NCBI GenBank assembly: GCA_027053355.1
Contig: JALUDX010000195.1
Location: forward strand, 846 to 64,845
Source of the DNA: Anaerolineales bacterium
GTDB lineage: Bacteria > Chloroflexota > Anaerolineae > Anaerolineales > DRMV01
Direction: 5' to 3'
DNA: 64,000 nucleotides
The position numbers and the translations under genes were made by a program. Positions 18,110-25,293 of the stretch are shown here, piece by piece (within the stretch, counting starts at the first letter, position 1; each line of letters begins with the position of its first letter). The notes under the pieces were generated by a model. The model made no database searches. It worked only from the letters and a program-made list of their open reading frames with translations, and was not told the DNA's origin.

Positions 18110-19168
18110 TTACGGCACCGGCACCACCGCGTCGTAATTGTAAAACCAGTTGTACGCGTAATACGGCGTCACCAGGCTCTGCAAACGAATGGCAATGCGC
18201 TGTTGATTGGCCAACGCCGGCGGGATGGAGAACTTGGTCTCTTTCAGGTGCCCCTGGTCATCGGTCTCGACCGTGGCCACCTGCCAACCGCCCACGCCGT
18301 AAGTGCCGTAATAATTCATCAGCACCGCGTATTTGTCGTTGGGCGGGAAGTTGTGCCCCTTGATGACCACGAAATCGTTGCGCTCCACCTGGGCGATGAA
18401 GAAATAAGGATACCCCGGCGGGCCTACGACCGGCGTTGCGCCACCGCTTCCGCCGCTGCCGGTGGTGTTGTTGTAAAACCAGTTATAGGCGTAATAATGG
18501 GTGGTGGGGCTTTCCAAACGGATGGCAATCCGATACTGCCCTGCCAACGCCGAAGGAATGGAAAACGTGGTCTGACTCAAAGCGCCGTTAGCGTCGGTGG
18601 TCACCGTCGCCACCTCCCAACCGCCAATGCCATAGGTGCCGTAGTAATTCATCCGCACCACGTAAGTGTCGTTGGGCGGGAAATTGTGCGGCGCGATGGT
18701 TACCTCCTGATCCTGCTTTACCGAGGCGATCGAAAAAGTGGGATAGCCCACGTATCCGCTCCCTCCGCTGCCGCCAGCGGCCACGTTGTAAAACCAGTTG
18801 TAGGCATAGTAACCGCTGGTGGGGCTTTCGAGGCGGATGGCGACGCGCGACAAATGCGCCCAAATCGGGGGGATGTTGAAGGTCGTGCTGCTCAAATGAC
18901 CTTGCGCGTCCGTGGTCACCGTGGTGACGTAACAGCCGCCAATGCCATAAGTGCCGTAAGGCCCCATGTAGACGTTGAACGTGTCGTTAGGGGGGAAGTT
19001 ATACGGCTGAATGGACACCGTATTGCCCGGATCAACGGACGTGATGGTGAAACACGGGTAACCGCAATAGGCGGCAACAGCCGAATGGATGAAAAAGCCG
19101 CTGCTCAACACCAGGGCCAACACCAGCATCACCACCCACAGTTTGGAAAAACGAACCGAGCGTTGCAT
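18110..19168 (-). CDS. secreted protein made of three tandem ~105-110-aa repeats (unknown family)
   Basis: Signal peptide and strong RBS AGGAGG. Each repeat carries YP.F.I..V......I....NFPPND.....M..YGTYG.GG..V.TV.TD..G.L....F.IP......RIAIRL.S.....YAYNWFYN, separated by G/S linkers. Confidence 0.75.
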   Translation of the reverse strand: MQRSVRFSKLWVVMLVLALVLSSGFFIHSAVAAYCGYPCFTITSVDPGNTVSIQPYNFPPNDTFNVYMGPYGTYGIGGCYVTTVTTDAQGHLSSTTFNIPPIWAHLSRVAIRLESPTSGYYAYNWFYNVAAGGSGGSGYVGYPTFSIASVKQDQEVTIAPHNFPPNDTYVVRMNYYGTYGIGGWEVATVTTDANGALSQTTFSIPSALAGQYRIAIRLESPTTHYYAYNWFYNNTTGSGGSGGATPVVGPPGYPYFFIAQVERNDFVVIKGHNFPPNDKYAVLMNYYGTYGVGGWQVATVETDDQGHLKETKFSIPPALANQQRIAIRLQSLVTPYYAYNWFYNYDAVVPVP

Positions 19169-19225
19169 TGCACCCTCCTTTGAAAATCAAAGAGAATCGC
19201 GAAGGCTGGTTGCAGCCAATCTATG

Positions 19226-19458
19226 GTGACTGTTCAGCCTCTACGGATGACGCAGGCAGAAAACCACAGAGAACACAGAAAGCGGGAAGTCAAGGCGTGA
19301 TGCGGGATGCGGGAAGAGGTGAGGTGCTAAAGGGTTGGTTGGTTGGTTGGTTGGTTACTCAGGCACCTCTCCTGACGCCCTCGGCGCCCCAAAATCCGCG
19401 TCTATCTGCCATCATCCGCGTTCATCCGTGGGCTGTTTTCCAAAGGCTGAACAGTTAC
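19226..19458 (+). mobile_element. type-B MITE-like element (233 bp), complete reference copy
   Basis: TIRs GTGACTGTTCAGCC / GGCTGAACAGTTAC. Perfect 8-bp direct repeat AATCTATG at 19218..19225 and 19459..19466. Contains (GGTT)6 at 19333..19356. No ORF. Confidence 0.88.
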
Positions 19459-19517
19459 AATCTATGTACAGATTACATCAAAAAGCCCAAAAATGCAAGG
19501 GGGATAACTGAGATCCG

Positions 19518-20701
19518 GACATGAGTTAGGACAAAAAAGGGAACCTCCTGTAAATTGTTTTATAGAAAAAACACCACACACAAGGAGGTTCCCTATGTAC
19601 AAGTATAAACGAATTTCCTTGGAACGCTTCGCCCATTACTTGTTTGATAACACTCATGAGGCACAACACGCCGCTGAGATTCTCGCCGCTATCTTGCACG
19701 CTCGCTCAGCACGCTTGACTGAGATCGCTGCCAAAATGCACGGCTCTATGGATGCCGCCTATAAACGCTTGCAACGCTTTCTGCAGCGCCACGACCCACG
19801 CACTGCCTTGTGGCGTCTTTTACCCGATGATGCTCCCTTTGTGTTGGCCGATGTGACCGAGATCCCCCGCCCTCAAGCCTATAAAACCAACTATGTCGGC
19901 ACCTTGAAAGACGGCCACACCAAAGGGTTTTGGGTAATGACATTCGCCACCCCTTATCGGGGGCGGGCCATACCCTGCGGTTTGCTCACCTTTTCCTCCG
20001 CCACCATCGCCCAAAAAGACGGTTCCCGCAACTTGGTGCATCAACGGGCTTTTGAGAGTTTGAAAGACCTGTTGGGTGAGCGGCCGGTGGTTTTAGATCG
20101 GGAATTCAGTTATTCGGGCCTGCTCCAATTTTTGACAGCAGCGGGCGTCCATTTCGTTATCCGTCTGCGACTGGGCTCCCGCCCGCCCAAGTTCTTTGAT
20201 GACGAAGGGAGCGAGGTCAAACTGAACATTGCCCGAGGGCAACGGGTGGTGTACCGCAACCTGTGGTACAAAGGCGAAGTGCAGGTGCAGGTCATTGGCG
20301 AATGGAGAGCGGGCCAACCCGAGCCGCTATGGGTGATCACAGACTTGGCGCCGGAGCAAAGCTTGGCCTACTACAAACAACGGATGAAGATAGAGGAAAG
20401 CTATCGTGATCTGAAAAGTCTCTTGGGGATGGAGCGGGTGATGAACAAACGGCAGGAATACATGGAGAAGGCACTTGCATTGGTAATGTTGGCGTATGCA
20501 ATTGCGCTGATGGTAGGCGAGAAACTTCGCGATGCAATGTTTGGCAATGCTAAAAGGACGAGCAAGTGGCGGCGCTATTCGGGAGCCTTTATTTTGTTGA
20601 AGGATTATTGGTCAATACCAACCCGCCTTTACAAAGAGGCGTCTAAACAAGCCTTGAGCGCCTTTGCTGATTTGGTTCTACCTCATGTCCTAACTCATGT
20701 C
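19518..20701 (+). mobile_element. IS4-superfamily-like insertion sequence (~1.18 kb)
   Basis: 16-bp perfect terminal inverted repeats GACATGAGTTAGGACA (19518..19533) / TGTCCTAACTCATGTC (20686..20701) bracket a single DDE transposase gene. Visibly lower G+C than the flanks. No clear target duplication found. Confidence 0.8.
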
Positions 20702-20704
20702 TGA
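19595..20704 (+). CDS. DDE transposase (IS4/PF01609-like)
   Basis: 369 aa with candidate catalytic D in LADVTEI, D in VLDREF and E in RMKIEESYRDLKSLLG (the R..IEE.F/Y..LK signature of DDE_Tnp_1). RBS AAGGAGG. Confidence 0.8.
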   Translation: MYKYKRISLERFAHYLFDNTHEAQHAAEILAAILHARSARLTEIAAKMHGSMDAAYKRLQRFLQRHDPRTALWRLLPDDAPFVLADVTEIPRPQAYKTNYVGTLKDGHTKGFWVMTFATPYRGRAIPCGLLTFSSATIAQKDGSRNLVHQRAFESLKDLLGERPVVLDREFSYSGLLQFLTAAGVHFVIRLRLGSRPPKFFDDEGSEVKLNIARGQRVVYRNLWYKGEVQVQVIGEWRAGQPEPLWVITDLAPEQSLAYYKQRMKIEESYRDLKSLLGMERVMNKRQEYMEKALALVMLAYAIALMVGEKLRDAMFGNAKRTSKWRRYSGAFILLKDYWSIPTRLYKEASKQALSAFADLVLPHVLTHV

Positions 20705-20756
20705 ACTTCAGGCGCAACATCGCTAAAACGTACCCCCAATCCTATTCGCGGCCTAT

Positions 20757-20785
20757 TTGACGCAGCCGACCGATACAAGTATAAT
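20757..20785 (+). promoter_or_regulatory. sigma-70-type promoter TTGACG-17 nt-TATAAT
   Basis: -35 at 20757..20762 and -10 at 20780..20785 with an exact 17-nt spacer, 62 nt upstream of the DUF4388 gene ATG. Confidence 0.6.
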
Positions 20786-20847
20786 CTCCTCATCACATCC
20801 CTGCCGCAGAGAGGCTGCGGATTAGTGTTCTTTTTTAAGGAAGCCTC

Positions 20848-21666
20848 ATGGCGCTCAAAGGCAATCTCCGCGATTTCTCGATCACCCAGTTGCTCAACCT
20901 CATCAACCTGGCCCACAAAACTGGCCTACTCCGCATTCGCGGCCCCAAAAGCGAAGCAGCGGCTTATTTTCGGCAAGGCAAACTGGCTTACGCCGCTCTG
21001 AGCGATCAACCTAACGACCTGGCTTCGCTGCTTTATCGGGAGAAAAAACTGACCGCCGGACAATACCGCGCCATCCGCGCTCACCACCAGCGGCTTTCCG
21101 ATACGGCGCTGGGCTTGTTGCTGGTCAACGCCGGCTACTTCACCCAAGGGGAAATTTTAGCCGTGGTGCAGAGCGCCTATGTAGACGTCATCAAGCGCCT
21201 GTTCACATGGGTCGATGGTCACTTTGAATTTCATAGCAATGCACCGTTCCCCAAGGGGCGTATCCCCACTCGCGTGAGCCTGGAAAATCTAATCATTGAG
21301 GGCAGCCGCCAAATGCGGGAATGGGAACTGCTGCAAAACGAAATTCCCGATTTGGACATGGCCCTCAAATTCGCCGACCGCCCTGACGTCAACCTCAAAC
21401 ACCTCAACCTGAGCGTGGAAGAGTGGCGGGTAGTCTCTTACATCAACCCCAAAAACACCATCCGCCAAATTGCCCGCGCCACTAAGATGAACGACTTAGA
21501 AATCCGGCGCATTGTTTACGGCCTGCTGCAAGCGGGCCTGGTAGAACTGGTGCGACCAGCCAACAAATCGATGCCCAAGCCCATCCACACGGCATTAGAA
21601 GGCAAAACTAAAGAAGACCAACGCTCCCTGGTCAATCGGCTGATTGCCCGCATCCGCGGCTTGTGA
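20848..21666 (+). CDS. DUF4388 (PATAN-like) domain protein
   Basis: N-terminus MALKGNLRDFSITQLLNLINLAHKTGLLRI...AAYFRQGKLAYA matches the recalled DUF4388 signature. The C-terminal region looks winged-helix-like. Confidence 0.7.
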   Translation: MALKGNLRDFSITQLLNLINLAHKTGLLRIRGPKSEAAAYFRQGKLAYAALSDQPNDLASLLYREKKLTAGQYRAIRAHHQRLSDTALGLLLVNAGYFTQGEILAVVQSAYVDVIKRLFTWVDGHFEFHSNAPFPKGRIPTRVSLENLIIEGSRQMREWELLQNEIPDLDMALKFADRPDVNLKHLNLSVEEWRVVSYINPKNTIRQIARATKMNDLEIRRIVYGLLQAGLVELVRPANKSMPKPIHTALEGKTKEDQRSLVNRLIARIRGL

Positions 21667-21677
21667 TCATTCCCTAC

Positions 21678-21816
21678 GTAACTGTTCGACCTCAAAGAGA
21701 AACTACGAATAACGCAGACAGAAAACCATGTTAACTCCTTAGCGCCCTAAACTCCGCGTCTATCCGTCATCATCCGCGCTCATCCGCGGGCTGTGTTCCA
21801 AAGTTTGAACATTTAC
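21678..21816 (+). mobile_element. short type-B MITE-like element (139 bp)
   Basis: Ends GTAACTGTTCGACC / GTTTGAACATTTAC. The interior matches both arms of type B with the central part missing. No TSD detectable. Confidence 0.65.
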
Positions 21817-21850
21817 CCCCATTCGCGCTTTTATCGAGAAGGAAGGCTCC

Positions 21851-22384
21851 ATGCAAACCGTCAAAATCGTGGTCACTGGCCCCTTCAGCGCCGGAAAAAC
21901 AGCATTCATTCAGACCGTGAGTGAAATCGACGTGGTCGAAACCGAACGCAAAATCACCAACGAGTCGGAAAAAATCAAAGAGACGACCACGGTGGCCATG
22001 GATTTTGGCCGCATTACCATTGATGAAGACCTGGTGCTCTACCTTTTCGGCACACCCGGCCAGCGCCGCTTTGACTTCATGTGGGAAATCCTTTCCGAGG
22101 GAATGTTAGGGTTCATCGTACTGGTAGACAGCACCCGCCCGGAGACTTTCCGCGAAGCGCGGCGAATTTTAGAAACCTTCCGCGCCTACGCCCCCACCCC
22201 TTATGTGGTTGCAGCCAACAAACAAGACCTGCCCGAAGCATGGGAACCGGAAGACATGCGTATCGCTCTGCGGCTTTCGCCGCGGGTCAAACTGCTCCCC
22301 TGCGTGGCCACCGACAAAGAATCGGTCAAAAAAGTGCTGCTGGAACTGCTGTACAGCATTTTGGAAGAAATCAACCACGATTGA
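21851..22384 (+). CDS. small Ras-like GTPase (COG2229 / MglA-CvnD-like ATP/GTP-binding protein)
   Basis: 177 aa with G1 GPFSAGKT, G3 FGTPGQ and G4 NKQD. Confidence 0.8.
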   Translation: MQTVKIVVTGPFSAGKTAFIQTVSEIDVVETERKITNESEKIKETTTVAMDFGRITIDEDLVLYLFGTPGQRRFDFMWEILSEGMLGFIVLVDSTRPETFREARRILETFRAYAPTPYVVAANKQDLPEAWEPEDMRIALRLSPRVKLLPCVATDKESVKKVLLELLYSILEEINHD

Positions 22385-22509
22385 AGTAAAAACTAGCCGG
22401 GGGCACGCACGCATCAAAGTAATGCAATCTCCCCAGCAGCAGTGCTCCCGTGGCGCCTGTGCGCCATCTTTTGCGTCTTTGTGCTAACTTTGAAGTTTGA
22501 GGCATCATT

Positions 22510-23343
22510 GTGTCGTCTATCACCACAGACCAAGGCGTTGTCCATTATGAAGTCTTCGGCCATGGCCAGCCCGTGATTTTGCTCCATGGGTGGTTAGGCT
22601 CATGGGGTGTGTGGCAAGAGACCATGGCTCAATTGGGGAAATACTACCGAACCTACGCTTTGGATTTCTGGGGGTTCGGCGAATCAGGCAAAAAGCGCGA
22701 TTCTTACGACGTTGCCGATTTTGTGGGACTGGTTGAGCAATTTATGGAGCAATTGGGCATCGTGCGCGCGCCGCTGGTTGGGCATAGCATGGGCGGCACA
22801 GTCGCCCTAAGTGTAGCCATTCAATATCCCCAACGGGTAAGCAAAGTGGTGGTCATCGGCTCGCCCATTGTGGGCTCTTCACTCTCATGGCCGTTGAAAC
22901 TGGCCGGTTACCGACCGATTGCCTTTTTGGTATATCATCAGATGACGCTGCTGCGTTTAGGGATCCGCTTGTTTTCTTCTTTAGTGACCAGTGACCCTCG
23001 CTGGCCTGAAATGATGGATCGCGACCTCTCGCAGGTTACCCTGGAATCATTTCTCCACAGCATTGCTTCATTACGGCGCACTGATCTGCGCCCCTTTTTG
23101 CCGGAAATTCAAGTGCCCGTGTTGGGAATGTATGGCGAGAAAGACGTCATCGTCCACCCCGACCAATGGATGTATCTCAAACAAGGCGTGCCCCACGCGC
23201 AGATCAGCCGTTATGCTGCAGCCGGGCATTTCATCATGTTAGACCAGCCTAAAGCGTTCATCCAGCGGCTGCACACTTTTCTGGCCACAACGCCCACCTT
23301 ACCCCTGACGGGTTTAGGTCAAACGACAACACAGGGAGCATGA
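22510..23343 (+). CDS. alpha/beta hydrolase (H1, intact catalytic triad)
   Basis: 277 aa, GTG start. LLHGW oxyanion region, nucleophile elbow GHSMGG (Ser93), and later GEKD and AAGHF. Confidence 0.8.
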   Translation: MSSITTDQGVVHYEVFGHGQPVILLHGWLGSWGVWQETMAQLGKYYRTYALDFWGFGESGKKRDSYDVADFVGLVEQFMEQLGIVRAPLVGHSMGGTVALSVAIQYPQRVSKVVVIGSPIVGSSLSWPLKLAGYRPIAFLVYHQMTLLRLGIRLFSSLVTSDPRWPEMMDRDLSQVTLESFLHSIASLRRTDLRPFLPEIQVPVLGMYGEKDVIVHPDQWMYLKQGVPHAQISRYAAAGHFIMLDQPKAFIQRLHTFLATTPTLPLTGLGQTTTQGA

Positions 23344-23918
23344 AACCACCCACGGAGCACGAAGCACCCCCTGAGGTAGCGCTGTTCATGCCGCCGCTGC
23401 AGCCCCAAGATGCGCTACCTCAGGCCTGGGCGGCGGCATGGCGAGAACTCTTCGGTGCGCGCACCGCTCCCCTGGCCGCGCAAGGCGAAGCATTGCAACC
23501 GTGGCTGTGCGCGAACTACGGCCCCCGCGGGGGCCAAGGCCTGGCCTGGCGTTTCGGCCGGGCCTTGGCCCGGCACTGGTGGCCTTCGTTAGCCACGTCT
23601 GCCAGTTTGCACACCCCCACCTTTGGGCTACAACCGCGCGGGCAACGGGTGATAGAAGGACTACGCCGCCTGGCAAGGCAGGCCGCGCCGGCGTTACAAA
23701 GCCCGGTATGGGTCGATACCGACGCCACAGCAGTGTATTGGCGCTGGCGGCGCTGCGCCTTTGGCCTTGGTTGCCCCTTCAACCCAGACCACTCCCCCCC
23801 CTGCGCACCCTGGTTCGGCTTCCTGCAAGAAAGCGTCTATCGCCTGAGCGGCGGGCGATGGATCACACCCCAACCTGTGCCGGGCCAGCAGGCCATTACC
23901 CTGCCCCTGCAGTGGTAA
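23340..23918 (+). CDS. hypothetical Trp/Arg/Pro-rich protein (weak V4R-like C-terminus?)
   Basis: 192 aa, with ATGA coupling to H1. The C-terminal CAPWFGFLQESVYRLSGG faintly recalls V4R small-molecule-binding domains. No firm family. Confidence 0.4.
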   Translation: MKPPTEHEAPPEVALFMPPLQPQDALPQAWAAAWRELFGARTAPLAAQGEALQPWLCANYGPRGGQGLAWRFGRALARHWWPSLATSASLHTPTFGLQPRGQRVIEGLRRLARQAAPALQSPVWVDTDATAVYWRWRRCAFGLGCPFNPDHSPPCAPWFGFLQESVYRLSGGRWITPQPVPGQQAITLPLQW

Positions 23919-23939
23919 CTTCCCCCAGTAAATAAGGTC

Positions 23940-25223
23940 ATGCTCAAAATTATTTTGCATGACGACCGGCATATCTTGCCATTCAATGAGCCAGCCCGCG
24001 ACCTGCGCATCCAAAACAAACCCCTTTGGCTGGCGCAGCGCGACGTGCTGAGCCCTTACGTCAGCCGCGAGATGGAAATCCCCTGGGGGCAACCTCTCCC
24101 GCCGGTGCAAGAGGAGACCGTCGTCTATCGCGATAACCTCTTTTTCGACCAACACTACATCGAGGCATTTTTGCAAGCCGCGCGGCAACGGGGGCGACCG
24201 GTACAGGCTGCTTTCTCCGCGCACGACCCGGCTTTTCGCGAACACGCGCTGCCGCTCTCCATTTCTTATACCCCTTACGATGACCTCTACCTGGCCGACT
24301 TGTGGTATTACCCCCACGGCACGGCTACCGATACACCGCCTGAACCCCTGGTGCTCGACTTGCAAGCGCGAGAAATCGGATACTACCACGTGCCAACTTA
24401 CATGGCCACTCAACAGGGCGATTTGGTCTTCCAAGTGCCGTTGCGGGCGCTGATTGCCATCGATAGTTGGGTGCACATTTTCGTGGCCGACGTCATTTTT
24501 GGCCTCTTTGCCCGCGGTGCGCGTTTCGAAGAGCGACTAAACCGCGACCCCTGGTTCAAACTGCGCATTTTGGGGCGCGCAATGTACGAAGGCCGACAAG
24601 TGCTCGCTGCTTCCCCCTTAGTGCGGGTCGGGCGCAACGTGGTCATCGACCCCACCGCAGTCATCCACGGCCCCACGGTCATCGGCGACAACGTGACCAT
24701 TGGGGCCGGCGCGGTGATCGACAATGCCATCATCGGCGACAACGTCAACATCTCGCAAGGTGTGCAGGTTTTGCTTTCGGTAGTTGGCGATGGCGCGTTC
24801 CTGCCTTTCCGTGCGGCGTTGTTTATGACCACCCTGATGGACAACAGCATGGTGGCACAAAACACGTGTTTGCAAATGTGCGTCGTGGGCCGCAACACGT
24901 TCATCGGCGCGGGTACTACTTTCACCGACTTCAACCTGATTTCTGCCCCCATCAAGGCGCGCGATGGCCGCGGCATTTTACGCGACGCCAACCGGCCCGT
25001 GTTGGGCGGCTGTGTGGGGCACAATTGTCGCTTAGGGTCAGGGCTGATCATCTACCCCGCCCGAACCATCGAATCAGACGTGGTGCTGGCCGCTTCGCCC
25101 GAACGGCGGGTGATCATGAAAGACGTGCGCTACGAAGATAGCGACCACCATCACCTGCGCGGCGGGCATCGCCACCCTCGCTTATACCCCCGCCCCGGCG
25201 AACGCAACAACCTTTCGTGGTAG
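23940..25223 (+). CDS. GlmU-like putative sugar nucleotidyltransferase/acyltransferase with left-handed beta-helix
   Basis: 427 aa. N-terminus MLKIILHDDRHILPF...RDLRI resembles the putative sugar nucleotidyl transferase family as recalled. The C-terminal half has hexapeptide repeats (VIHGPTVIGDNVTIGAGAVIDNAIIGDNVNISQGV). Confidence 0.5.
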   Translation: MLKIILHDDRHILPFNEPARDLRIQNKPLWLAQRDVLSPYVSREMEIPWGQPLPPVQEETVVYRDNLFFDQHYIEAFLQAARQRGRPVQAAFSAHDPAFREHALPLSISYTPYDDLYLADLWYYPHGTATDTPPEPLVLDLQAREIGYYHVPTYMATQQGDLVFQVPLRALIAIDSWVHIFVADVIFGLFARGARFEERLNRDPWFKLRILGRAMYEGRQVLAASPLVRVGRNVVIDPTAVIHGPTVIGDNVTIGAGAVIDNAIIGDNVNISQGVQVLLSVVGDGAFLPFRAALFMTTLMDNSMVAQNTCLQMCVVGRNTFIGAGTTFTDFNLISAPIKARDGRGILRDANRPVLGGCVGHNCRLGSGLIIYPARTIESDVVLAASPERRVIMKDVRYEDSDHHHLRGGHRHPRLYPRPGERNNLSW

Positions 25224-25293
25224 CACGCCTCTAAAGCGGTACCCCCAACTCCCGCGGGCACCTGCCACCGTTCGGTGACCAACGCAGCAGCCC

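Noticed and set aside
19459-19517. The possibility that the MITEs are deletion derivatives of the adjacent IS.
   Set aside because: The IS ends (GACATGAGTTAGGACA) share nothing with the MITE ends (GTAACTGTTCAGCC), and the interiors are unrelated.
21670-21824. Target-site duplications for the MITE copies at 21678..21816 and 54005..54210.
   Set aside because: Flanking 8-mers (TTCCCTAC vs CCCCATTC; ACACAAGA vs GATAGGTC) do not match. These copies are kept as family members on TIR and interior similarity only.
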